Positions 10,944-21,335 of a stretch of DNA of 64,000 nucleotides are shown piece by piece (the stretch's first letter is position 1; each line of letters opens with the position of its first letter). Location: NCBI GenBank assembly GCA_946965045.2, contig OX337230.1:1984001-2048000 (forward strand), in the 5' to 3' direction. The position numbers were made by a program, and so were the translations under genes. The notes beneath the pieces were generated by a model that was not told the DNA's origin, did not search any database, and was given only the letters and a program-made list of their open reading frames with translations. This stretch comes from Epithemia pelagica. Lineage: Eukaryota > Protista > Bacillariophyta.

Positions 10944-12412
10944 ATGGAGTCAAGTAGCAAGAACGACATGAAACCGATGAAGGTACTGTTCTTGTCGGCC
11001 GACACAGGCGGCGGACATCGGGCATCAGCAGAATCCCTAGGCAAGCAAATCATGAATCATTTTCCAGGGAGTTCCTACGACATGCTTGATGTTTGGACGG
11101 GTGGCAACATCTGGCCCTATAACGCGTTGGTCAAGTCGTACAAGCACTTGTCAGCGAACCCAAATCAATGGCGGACTTTATATCATACGATGAACAGCAC
11201 GCCTGCTGGAAGCTTTGTTCTTTGGCATTCCAGAGTAACAGGGAAGACGAGAGTTAGCGCAGAAATTGAAAGATTCGATCCTGATGTCATTATTTCAGTT
11301 CACCCAACGATGCAAAATACACCTCTTCATTGCTGCAGAGAAATATCCAAGAAAAAGGGCAAGTACATTCCCTTCTTTACAGTTGTCACAGATCTTGCTT
11401 CTGCCCATTCAATGTGGTTCGAAAAAGGAGTGGACAAGATATATGTGGCATCTCAAGCTCTCTATAATCGTGCCAAAAACCGAGCTCGTATCCCAGAGAA
11501 AAACATTGTCATGTCGGGTCTACCTATTCGAAATGAGTTTGCTTTGGAAGCCGAAAAACTGGGTGATCGATACTCCAGCGAGGGCAGAAAGTACCAGCAA
11601 ACCATCCGAACAGCTCTTGGGCTAAACCCCGACAGGCACATGATTTTGCTCATGGGTGGAGGAGAAGGTGAGGCTTATCGGGCAGCGTTGTTCAACTCGT
11701 TCTACGGAACTACCATGAAATACTCACACTAGTCACAACCCATTTGTGTTTCAACAAAACAGGTGTTGGTGGACTTTCCTCCATTGCCAGTGAGATATAT
11801 GTATCGTTATCTCTTGATGGGCTAGACGCAACAATTTGTGTGGTATGTGGAAGGAATGAAAAATTGAAAGCAGATCTTGAATCGCGTGACTGGGAAAAGT
11901 TGGTTGTTGACGACGAGGCATCCACTGACAATAGAACAAAAGTCACGAAATGCACTCCGACTTATCTCCCCCAACCTCCCTCACCTACATTCAAAGAGGT
12001 GGAAAGGAAAACGATTACTCTAGCTGAAGATGCTGGTCATATCAAGGGAAAAGTCCAAGTGATAGGCCTTGGTTTTGTGACCAACATGGCACAGTATATG
12101 GTTGCGTCAGACGTCTTGGTATCCAAGGCGGGGCCAGGAACAATATCAGAAGCTGCAGCCCTTGGTTTGCCCCTCTTACTGACAAGCTTTTTGCCTGGTC
12201 AAGAGGCAGGAAACGTTGACTATGTAGTGGAAAATGATTTTGGAGAATACGTGGAGGAGCCAATCGAAATCGGGAATACAATTTCCGAATGGTTGCAAGA
12301 TCCCCAGTACATGGAACTAATGTCATCCAAGGCCAAAGCAATGGGACGACCGACTGCTGCTGAAGAGATTGTTCTTGATATAGGAAGGACTTCGCAACAA
12401 TGGCTCAAGTGA
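10944..12412 (+). CDS. MGD: Monogalactosyldiacylglycerol synthase (GT28), copy 2, no presequence
   Basis: Same motif set as copy 1. Intron 11668-11762 is at the identical position (GGGEG|VG). The first in-frame ATG is 10944, with an in-frame TGA upstream at 10893. Confidence 0.92.
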
Positions 12413-12490
12413 AACTTGATGTCGACGATTTGAGCGTTTGCGTGTCCCAGCTTTGTGTGCCTTGTACGTACTACAGAGTTGGAGAACCTT

Positions 12491-14218
12491 TTAAGCAGTT
12501 TTGATTCGCTTCGACAAACCCTGATCGTCCTCATTCTCATCTGACTCTTGCCCCGAGGAATCAAGATTGGAGAGCAGTTCCAGTAATTCTCTCCTCAGCG
12601 AGTCCAAAGTTGCTTTTTCGTCTAGACGTAGTGCAAGGCCATAGATTGCACGCTGTTTTTCTACAGAATGGCCTCGTGCATTGTCACCAGGTTTGCTGTC
12701 GTTGGTAGCGCTGCAAAGTAGGTTTTGCAGTAACAGCTGATCATTCTCGTGAGGAATACCATTCCACACAATTGGTTTGTACAGCGCCAATCTTTGTTTG
12801 ATCACGCTTAGTAAGCTTGTGCAAACTAAATGTCCCAGGAAGTAATCTTCCAGAATCTCTTTGCCAATCAAAGCTTGAGCAGCCTCGCGATAGGCGCAAC
12901 TCGGAAGAAAGGGAGCACAGGCCAACGTGACGAGGGAATCCGAAAGCGACGATACGGCCGATTCTCCTCCTCCTCGTTGTACCAAAATATGGTCCGGCAA
13001 AAACTCGGCGCGTCGTGACCGATCCACCTGGACGGTCCATACTTCGTCTTCCATACCAGCCTCTTCCATTGCTTTTGCGAGTCGTTGTGGCAATCCAGAT
13101 TCAATGACAGCCCAACAGGCTTCCAGAACCAGCTGTTTGGGAATCAAGACAGGGGTAGGATTGCGCAATGCCGTGTGTTGTTTCTCGGAATGACCAGCCA
13201 AAATCTCAATGGTGCGTTGTTCGACAAACCCAAATGTTTGCAAAAATTGGCAACTTGTCAAATCATCTCCATACGAATGACAAATTTCTTCCCCTGCAGA
13301 AATGGGTCGTTCCGCGTGCATCACAAACCACTCGCTCGTCCCTTTCAATGTGGTCGCCTTGTGTTGCTTGTCGGTGGATGAACAGTGGTTCAAGAGATCC
13401 ATACAGGGGAGAAGATATGGCCCCGTGTATTCATCTCCCATGGATTTCGCATCGGTCGGCATCATGACATGAAAACAACGAGTCGACAAACACTGCGAAA
13501 CAAGTAGAAACTTTTGGATTTCCTGCTTGTAATTTATTTCTGTCGCAGGTAAGCCATTGGTAGACTTTTCTAGGACAATGCCACAGCCGTGAAGATAGGG
13601 ACGTATCTGACCCAAATATCTCTCCTTCAAGACATGGTCATTGTCTTTCCAGAAACAAGATGCGGTCGAATTGGTGGTGAGGGACGGACCCGGACCTCCC
13701 TGTGGTTGTGTCGTGCTTGTTCCTGCCAAGAACGAATCAATCTGGTCCTTTTCCCAGGACAGGGAAACGGTTTCATATTGCTCCGGCAAAGACTGGAGAT
13801 AGATTTGTTTCGAAATGGTTCCACCGGTATGCGTCGGTTCATATTCGGTGTGATGATGATTAGATTCCTTGTAGTATGCGGCAAGGCATCTTAACCAAGG
13901 CGAAGCGTATCGTTTTCCCGGTTCTGATCCCTCCATACACGTCGATTGTGTCACTGAAGAAGCCTCCCTCGCCATTGTTGATGTTTCAGGATCGTACTCG
14001 TATTGACGTGGCATGGAACGTCCGTCAATGGCCAAAGTTCGGGGCAACCGAATTAAAACTTCCCCTGGAGCAATGGAGCGAGTAGCATACACGCCCCGAT
14101 TATTGTCATCCTCGGCGATACGGCGCAACTCCAATCCACCATGAACTTGTCCTCCATGGGATTGTATCCATGAACACAAGTTCTTCCATATCGACTCTAC
14201 TGTTGACGACTCGTTCAT
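12491..14218 (-). CDS. SET-domain protein lysine methyltransferase (SETD6/Rubisco-LSMT-like)
   Basis: RGVYATRSIAPGEVLIRLP, GPYLLPCMDLLNH, GEEICHSYG, FLQTFGF. Confidence 0.85.
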   Translation of the reverse strand: MNESSTVESIWKNLCSWIQSHGGQVHGGLELRRIAEDDNNRGVYATRSIAPGEVLIRLPRTLAIDGRSMPRQYEYDPETSTMAREASSVTQSTCMEGSEPGKRYASPWLRCLAAYYKESNHHHTEYEPTHTGGTISKQIYLQSLPEQYETVSLSWEKDQIDSFLAGTSTTQPQGGPGPSLTTNSTASCFWKDNDHVLKERYLGQIRPYLHGCGIVLEKSTNGLPATEINYKQEIQKFLLVSQCLSTRCFHVMMPTDAKSMGDEYTGPYLLPCMDLLNHCSSTDKQHKATTLKGTSEWFVMHAERPISAGEEICHSYGDDLTSCQFLQTFGFVEQRTIEILAGHSEKQHTALRNPTPVLIPKQLVLEACWAVIESGLPQRLAKAMEEAGMEDEVWTVQVDRSRRAEFLPDHILVQRGGGESAVSSLSDSLVTLACAPFLPSCAYREAAQALIGKEILEDYFLGHLVCTSLLSVIKQRLALYKPIVWNGIPHENDQLLLQNLLCSATNDSKPGDNARGHSVEKQRAIYGLALRLDEKATLDSLRRELLELLSNLDSSGQESDENEDDQGLSKRIKTA

Positions 14219-14408
14219 CGTCTCAAACCCCCCAAAAAGAACCGAAAAAAATGAGACTTCGTTACCGAAAGTCCAGTCCTACATTCATTTTAAGTCCCAT
14301 GTATTGGTCGCTCATGATTTTCATTATCCTCATTTTTCCAATGACACCAACAAAACTCTTGGTCGGTGTCTGTTGTTGTGATACAGGCTTTGGAGTACAG
14401 CTTCATCA

Positions 14409-15557
14409 ATGTCTGCCACTATGGATATGTCATGGGAAAATGCCATCTATGACGACAATCAAACATTTCTTGTCCAGAAGTTAACTTGGTGGAGCTTGAC
14501 TCTCTTTCTGATTGTCATCCTCGTCATTGCATTATGCCATGGACGAACCTTGTTTTGGGATTCTCATGGTTGGCGTCATCGATTGGCAGGAGGAGCGCTC
14601 CTGTCGTGGCTCTTGCTTGGATGCGTGCTCTTGTGGTGGGACATTGTCGATCAAGAGCACAACAAGAGCCAAAACTACAGTCGAGTCGTCGTCGTTTTGG
14701 CATATGACATTGGATTGGGTCTATGGGGGATTGCGGCAACCTTGACGGCAGCTCGGGATTTTCCACACAAACATGTGCGCAACGTGGCTGGTCAATCCGG
14801 CACTTTGGCGGAAAGGGCGATTGTCACACAAGCTGAAATGGTGGAACATTCTTTTTATCAAGGCCTGAACCTGTGGCAAGCTCTTTATTTGCATTTCATG
14901 GCAGGCACCACAAGTCCTACCAGTTCCCTTGGGATCCCTCAGTGGTTCCGAAATGGCTTTGCCTTGTGGCTTGTAACTGCCCCATGGTATCTCCGCAATC
15001 GATTCCCTGTGCACTCCTTCAGCAACAATTGGAAACGGTCCAAGTATACCAGCGATCGTGATTCAAGCGACACGATGAAAGCAACGCAGCAGCACTCGAA
15101 TTTCAAAGAAGCCACAATGTACAAGATCAAGAAGTGGCAATATGTGTTTTACAAACATGTTATTTTGCATGGCCTCAATATTTCAATCTGCCTACAACAA
15201 CGGAGTCAACAACCAGCTCTGCCCCTCGTATCAAACGTGTACGACCCAGAAGGCATTGTCTACAAACCGGGATGGAGACTGTTTTGGATTGCCTTGAATG
15301 CTGCCTATGTATTGGAGTTTTTCTTGCAATCACTGGTGAAACGCAAGATTCTATCCCAGTCTTGCATGTTGATGTTGAATCAGTCTTTGATGCTTATTTC
15401 GTCCCTGGCGGCTCTGCAATCCGTGTTGCGTGTCGTGCAGTGGCCCATATGTCTGGTCTCTGTTCTTCTCAACTTTGCAAATCGACATCACGATATCTTC
15501 AACACCATACTTGTTTACACCGTATTCCAATGTCTGCAAGCATATCAAGAACAATAA
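14409..15557 (+). CDS. Multi-pass membrane protein of unknown function
   Basis: 382-aa ORF with several hydrophobic segments; no family recognised. Confidence 0.7.
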   Translation: MSATMDMSWENAIYDDNQTFLVQKLTWWSLTLFLIVILVIALCHGRTLFWDSHGWRHRLAGGALLSWLLLGCVLLWWDIVDQEHNKSQNYSRVVVVLAYDIGLGLWGIAATLTAARDFPHKHVRNVAGQSGTLAERAIVTQAEMVEHSFYQGLNLWQALYLHFMAGTTSPTSSLGIPQWFRNGFALWLVTAPWYLRNRFPVHSFSNNWKRSKYTSDRDSSDTMKATQQHSNFKEATMYKIKKWQYVFYKHVILHGLNISICLQQRSQQPALPLVSNVYDPEGIVYKPGWRLFWIALNAAYVLEFFLQSLVKRKILSQSCMLMLNQSLMLISSLAALQSVLRVVQWPICLVSVLLNFANRHHDIFNTILVYTVFQCLQAYQEQ

Positions 15558-16242
15558 GCGTCGCCAGCAAATCCATTTTAATCATGAAGAAAGCGAGGGA
15601 TGCAGACAATTGGTTTGGGGGCTATCCTTATTTTGTTCTTCAGCCGCAATCAACAGCGTATGGGACTGGAACTCGGGTGCTTCATGTTTCGTTTTGCATT
15701 CGTTGACCTTTCCTTCGATATTGAGAGTTGTGAACGAACTTGTTGCCTCCGTTCTTTCATTGACTCAAGTTCGTCCCCCACCTCGAGAATGGATCGAGTT
15801 GATCCAAGTCGCAGCCCTAAGAGATTGCTGTCAACAGCTTCTCGTTGCTCCTGTCGTAGAGAAGAAGAGTGTTTGCGATACGTTGGACGGCGTCACTTTC
15901 CATAAAAGAAAGGCGGCAAATCGAGCAATCAAGTAGCAGCGTTCATCGAAGATCTGTTGCCATAATCCTACCGAAATCATGCGACATTGACTTTTGGAAC
16001 AGAACCACAGTTTGCACTCACAATCACAAGTTGGTCCGACTCGCACAAAGGCTGAAGGTAGTACGGGGTGTGGCCATGTGAGCTACCCAATGCTGTTCTC
16101 AACGCCCCATATGAGTAGTGGCAACTTAAAGCAAATTGATACAACTCCATACGATGAGCTTGAGTATTGGGATTGATTCGGGTACAGGACCTTCAGTACC
16201 ATCGCATGGTTTGTTACTATACCATTAAGGTGTCAGACCTCA

Positions 16243-17322
16243 TTAATCATTCCATTTGTAGGAATCAGGCAACCCAAGGGGCGGTGGAACACGGTTCGCT
16301 CGACCAAACATCTGCACAATCCACTTTTCACGTTGCGGTGGTAGGGACTCGTGCGTCGTCCGATCGTCCGCCAACCAAGTCTCTTCCTCCGCAGGGAAAA
16401 ATACAAGCCCCTTTCCACGTTTTGGTTGTACGCCAAATTTGAGTTGATCAAAATATGTTTCACCTCCTTCTCCTTCGTCTAATGAATTGAGATAGCAAAT
16501 ACACGTCACGACACGTTGTCCACCCAAATCTTTCCATTCACTTCCTCGAGAAGGAGAGGCATCTCCATGTCGGGAGAAAACAGCCCCAGCATCGTATCGA
16601 GTCACCACTGGAGCCTCCCATCTATCCCATGGGTGCTGTGTCAGCTCAGTGACACGGTCCACCAGAGGCTGGATAGTTTCAAAGTCATTTGGCTCATTCA
16701 AAGCCAGGGCAGTACTGGTCCGTGAAGACGCAGCTGAAGTCCGTCGCAATAAAGGCAACACAATGCCATAAGCCAAAAGAACAGAACCCATCAAAGCAAC
16801 AATCACTGGTGGTATGGCCACAGAGAGTAATTGTTGTATGGACAGAGCCGCCCCCGATGTTGATGTCTCAGATTGCTGCTCAATGAGCCTCAGAGAAGGG
16901 GGGATTCCCGCAAGGAGCGATAAAAATGGCAACGGCCACAATTTGTCAACATTCAGAGAAATATCGGGTGGATTCGAAAGCGTCATCATACGTGTTCCGT
17001 CTTCCTGGAGGATTCGGACGTGTTCTCGAAAGCTGAGGCATTCTTCTTTCGATAGAAGCCCGTCAACCGTGTAAACTAACGGATCGTTGGATGCAATCTT
17101 CACGTGAAAGACATTTGTATCTACATCCGGTATCCTGTCATCGCAACTACGCGCGACACGTTGATGAAGGAGGAGTGATAATCTTTCATTTCGCTCCCCA
17201 CGATGAGTTGATCTGTCGCGCCATGTACAGCAGTCGGAGTAGCTTAAGAGGGCACCATGGGCTATGTGTAGGATAGCGGCAACAAACAGCAACCTCATGA
17301 CGCTCAAGGTTTGTTTCTTCAA
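16243..17322 (-). CDS. Prolyl-4-hydroxylase-like 2OG-Fe(II) dioxygenase with signal peptide
   Basis: PLVYTVDGLLSKEEC, VTRYDAGAVFSRHGDA (HxD), QRVVTCICYLN, GGETYF, PKRGKGLVFFP, THESLPP, KWIVQMF. Confidence 0.85.
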   Translation of the reverse strand: MKKQTLSVMRLLFVAAILHIAHGALLSYSDCCTWRDRSTHRGERNERLSLLLHQRVARSCDDRIPDVDTNVFHVKIASNDPLVYTVDGLLSKEECLSFREHVRILQEDGTRMMTLSNPPDISLNVDKLWPLPFLSLLAGIPPSLRLIEQQSETSTSGAALSIQQLLSVAIPPVIVALMGSVLLAYGIVLPLLRRTSAASSRTSTALALNEPNDFETIQPLVDRVTELTQHPWDRWEAPVVTRYDAGAVFSRHGDASPSRGSEWKDLGGQRVVTCICYLNSLDEGEGGETYFDQLKFGVQPKRGKGLVFFPAEEETWLADDRTTHESLPPQREKWIVQMFGRANRVPPPLGLPDSYKWND

Positions 17323-17624
17323 TTTTTTTTGTTTTGAGAGGGTGTATCACATTCTCCTACGCACGCTAGCAAATGGGAAGTCGCCATCTCGCCCTCTAAG
17401 TCTAAGGTTGGCCTCTAGCATAACCCAAAATATCCTTCTACTCTCTCCTTTGTGATCATTTTCTTTATCATGAGCTTCCATTTTTAGAAAACTTTTCTAC
17501 TCTCCGACATCTTTCTTGTTCGGGTTGCCAAACCAAAAAAAAACGGTTTCCTATTGCAATGGGATCATTTTTCTCTTTATGAGCTGTTCGTGCTCATTGT
17601 AGTTGGAATCCTCGTAGGTTGCCC

Positions 17625-19036
17625 CTATCTCTGAAAAGAAGGTTTCCATTCTGTGATTCTTGTCATAAGTTCGGGATCTTGGTTCACCAATTGTGTTCTT
17701 GATTCCTTGTTGGTTTGGTTCACATTGAGAGTCCGTTCTAATGAGGCAGCGTTAATCTCTTTCACACGGTCTATTCGGCCTCTCCAGAAATTCTCAAGAC
17801 ATTGAGAGAGAACGGAAGCCTGACCATCGGCAGAGGTCTCGTCCGCTAACAGGAACGAGGCAATCTGTGCAGAGACTTCACATGCGTCTTCCAGGCCTTG
17901 GTTGGCCCCTTGACCAAGACCAGGTGTCATAGCATGAGCCGCATCACCAATCAAAACAACTGGACCCTTTGACCATGCTTCCAAGACGTCCATATCATAT
18001 ACGGCGTTGACGAATATGCTATCAGATTCAAGCCTATCGATAACATGCTGAACTTTGAATGGGAAGCCACGAAAAAGATCAAAGAGAAGTTTCTTCTTTT
18101 CGTCTCCTTCTCCATTTTGTGTCGTAGAGTCCATTATGGACCCGGCTTCTGGTACAACAGACATCGCAGTGATCGTCACAATACCCGTAGCTGTCTCTCG
18201 AAAGGAAAACAATTTGCCTTTTTCATCACCTGCGTAGCCGACCTGGATGCCGGTTGGAGGGCATGTTCCTCCATCCAACTTCTCCATCGGTATGACAGCC
18301 CGGTACATGTATTTATTCCGGTAGTTCAACTTGTGCTCTTTCTCGGGGAAAAGCAGCGACCTGACCTTAGAATGAATACCATCTGCTCCCACAAGAACTC
18401 TAGCTGTGTATATTTGCATTTCATTAGCTGAAGAAGAACTTGGATTTGATGTCTCCGTGTCAGTTGATCGAGGCTGGATATGGACTGTTACTACTCTGCT
18501 ATCCTGGTCTACAGAAAAGGAACTCAGCTCTTGATTTAAGCGCAAAATTCCACTTGAATCATCGCTGTCAGTGAGGTCTTCCGCCAAATATTGCTGAAGC
18601 AGGTACCATACAAGATAGAGAGGCGTTACCCTCGCCACCTTGGCAAAGTCGGTTTCTTTTATCATTTCGTCTTCAAGATTGCGCATTTCTGACGTGAGTA
18701 GCTTGATGCTGGCATCTTGAACACGATTATGCACATTCTCGGAAATGGCCTGCAATGCTCTCATACCATTAGGGAAGAGACCAATGGCAGCACCAACAGG
18801 CTGCAGCTTGCGAGCCTTTTCAAAAACAGCAATTTTACGGATGCCGCGTCGATAAAGACCGACCGCTGTGGCAACTGTTCACACACAACAACCAAAAGTG
18901 TTAACCAGCTATGAGTACATAAAAGCAACGAGGAAATGGTCTGATATGAGCCGAATAGCAAAGAAACGAAGCGAAACGTACGTCCTGCAATTCCTCCACC
19001 GATTACGATCACATCAAAGTCTGTGGAGGGAGACAT
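17625..19036 (-). CDS. FAD-dependent monooxygenase (salicylate hydroxylase/zeaxanthin epoxidase-like fold)
   Basis: Exon 1 MSPSTDFDVIVIGGGIAG (Rossmann), intron 18981-18875, then LATAVGLYRRGIRKIAVFEK...GAAIGLFPNG, GADGIHSKVR, LIGDAAHAMTPGLGQGANQGLED. Confidence 0.9.
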
Positions 19037-19182
19037 GATTGGTTGGCGTTTGGAAAATGGCAAGCAAAACGATATTCGTTCTGTTCGTGGCGTTTGGCAT
19101 ATCCTCAATCTGTGATATCAGATATCATTCTCGTCATGTGAAGGGGGGGAATAAAACGTCACAAAATTGAGACGAAATGCAA

Positions 19183-19608
19183 TGGCAGGCAGAATATGCG
19201 CGACTAAATATTTCCCTATCTCCTTGTTCGTTGCTATGCCAACCCAGCTTTGTATCTAGTTGTAGGGGTGGAAGTGGAATGCATTGAACTCCTACTCCTA
19301 CTCCTCTTGTACTTTTCCTAGTCGCAGGTTGGAAACATAAAGAGGAAGGATTCAACAATGCCGACGAAACAAGCAAGCATTCTATGTCGCAGAAACTTGT
19401 AACATCAAAGCCACGTAGTGGCAGGCACAATATACGCGCCTAAATATTTCCCTTTTCAATTCGTTGCTACTATTGCTATCCTTCTATGCCAAGCCAGCTT
19501 TGTAGGGGTGGAACTAGTGCAATGATTCAATAATGTCCACGAAGGAAGCAACCATTCTATGTCTCAGAACATGAAACATGTGACTTCACCTGAAATCAAA
19601 GCCACATT
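19183..19608. repeat. Degenerate tandem duplication, unit about 236 bp
   Basis: tggcaggcagaatatgcgcgactaaatatttccc at 19183 recurs as tggcaggcacaatatacgcgcctaaatatttccc at 19419. Shared downstream blocks (cagctttgt, tgtaggggtggaa, gattcaa, cattctatgtc, tcaaagccac) are in the same order; copy 2 lacks an internal segment. Confidence 0.75.
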
Positions 19609-19645
19609 CCGCCAAGATCAGCACACACAAAAATTAATTCAATGT

Positions 19646-19701
19646 TCAACACACCTATGGTCGAGCACCCTTGTCAACACACCTATGGTCGAGCACCCTT
19701 G
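19646..19701. repeat. Perfect 28-bp tandem direct repeat overlapping the stop codon of the DUF262-HNH gene
   Basis: tcaacacacctatggtcgagcacccttg at 19646-19673 and again at 19674-19701. Confidence 0.95.
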
Positions 19702-21335
19702 CTGAGGTTGCATGCCGCATGAACTAGGGCAGCATTCTCTTCAATAGATGGGCCACCCATGGAATATGGACGGATATGGTCCAAGTGTACGTATGACCCA
19801 TCGTCCAGTCGATGGAAGTCAATTGACTGGTTGCAAATTGTGCACAGACCGCGTTGTTGCTCATAGAGTTTTCGTTTGAGCTTTTCTGGATTGTCAAACT
19901 GGCGCTTTCCGTCTTGCTGTTCTCGGAGAATAGCCGCGAGCGTCTTGGTCATTATAGTTCGGCGATGAATGAACTTGGCGACAGACGTTGGTCCATTGAA
20001 ATCCAACTCTCCAGATTCAAACAGCCTCTTGATTGCATTCTGTAGCTTTTCTTTGTTGCGTGTATAAACAGCCTCGGAGGGGAATTCGTTTCGAAGCTCT
20101 TTGAATACAACGTAGGACACATCCCAAAATTGTGGTTTGATACTTTTCGTCCAGCTCCACGTTCCATCCTTTTCTTGGTTCCAAGAACGAAATGCTCCTG
20201 CATTCTCAGAGAACACGTTGCGCCATACTTTCATTACAAATACAAAATCATCTTCATATTTTTGCAGCTCATGCTTCAATCGATTGGGGTTTGCCTTTTC
20301 TAAATTTTCAAAGTGTTCCAGTTCGGCATTCAGAAATGTTTTCATGGGGCTCTTGTACTTGGAGCTGATATGAGCCCAGGCAAATGCCCGCAAAATGAGC
20401 TCTCGATCACTCTCTCTTTTGCAGAGCGTGTACTTGTTCTTCTTGAAGTCATCCGGCTTTCGGATGCATTGAAGATCTTGATTTTCAGCCAACTTATCCA
20501 AGAGTTCAATGTAGGGACCATAATACACGGCACGTCGCAACTGTTGGGCCGACAAATCCTCTCCCCCCGAATTGATATCTTCGTAACACGAAAAGACATC
20601 TTCCTTGGTTGCAGTGTGGGGTATGATTGAGCAGGCAATGTCATAGTTCTCGTAAACATTCTGTCGTTCCTCCGACAAGTCGTCGAATGTCAGTCCATTG
20701 AGAGCATCGTAATTCTCGTCCAATTTTCCCAGTTTGATAAACTGAGTGGAATAACCTTTTGAACCACTATCAGTCTCTTGGCTAGCTAGAAAAAAGCTGA
20801 TCAAGGTCGTCAACCGCTGCTTGCCATCCACCACTTCATATTTTCCTTTTTCTCTTTCGTGCAAGACAATTCCTGGTGCCAGGCGATTACAAAGCACAGT
20901 CACTACCAAGCGTGAAGCGCGATCTTGTTCCCAGACATAACCACGTTGATAATTTGGATTGAGCGTAAGCTTGCCTTTGGTTACCCATCCGGCTAGTCCC
21001 TCAATAGACAGTAATTTGGGGGATCGTCCATACAGTTGGTGACTTTCAAGTTCTCTCAAGGCGTTATCAAACCTTTGTTTTACTACACCATCAGTGCCGG
21101 AGTTTGTGGCAGAGAGTTGGTCTTGGCGGAAAGAGAATTCTCTTGTCGCCATGGCGCATCGTCGTGGTTCTGTCCACCGTCTCCCATTCGTATGAATGAT
21201 TTGACGGAAGACAGAAACCGGCATCCGATTCTGCCATGCATTTGCAGCACTGTAGCAGATCATGAGAGTTCTGGAGAACGTCCATACAATTCCAACCGCA
21301 ATTGCTCGCAGTTTCATGCCCGCCTTCCTGATCAT
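19683..21335 (-). CDS. DUF262 (GmrSD N-terminal, ParB-like NTPase) + C-terminal HNH endonuclease, intronless, with putative bipartite plastid presequence
   Basis: DUF262 motifs LNPNYQRGYVWEQDRASRLV, YEVVDGKQRLTTL, YEDINSGGEDLS. HNH motifs CTIC...HLDHIRPYSMGG...ENAALVHAACNLSKG. Likely ATG at 21335 or 21317; the ORF track extends to 21500. Confidence 0.88.
   Translation of the reverse strand: MIRKAGMKLRAIAVGIVWTFSRTLMICYSAANAWQNRMPVSVFRQIIHTNGRRWTEPRRCAMATREFSFRQDQLSATNSGTDGVVKQRFDNALRELESHQLYGRSPKLLSIEGLAGWVTKGKLTLNPNYQRGYVWEQDRASRLVVTVLCNRLAPGIVLHEREKGKYEVVDGKQRLTTLISFFLASQETDSGSKGYSTQFIKLGKLDENYDALNGLTFDDLSEERQNVYENYDIACSIIPHTATKEDVFSCYEDINSGGEDLSAQQLRRAVYYGPYIELLDKLAENQDLQCIRKPDDFKKNKYTLCKRESDRELILRAFAWAHISSKYKSPMKTFLNAELEHFENLEKANPNRLKHELQKYEDDFVFVMKVWRNVFSENAGAFRSWNQEKDGTWSWTKSIKPQFWDVSYVVFKELRNEFPSEAVYTRNKEKLQNAIKRLFESGELDFNGPTSVAKFIHRRTIMTKTLAAILREQQDGKRQFDNPEKLKRKLYEQQRGLCTICNQSIDFHRLDDGSYVHLDHIRPYSMGGPSIEENAALVHAACNLSKGARP

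Noticed and set aside
5846-12412. MGD-carrier-RNR-MGD as an operon-like functional cluster
   Set aside because: No shared pathway is evident; co-orientation of four genes is plausible by chance.
19646-19701. CRISPR-like 28-bp repeat
   Set aside because: Two copies with no spacer, no cas genes, eukaryotic context.
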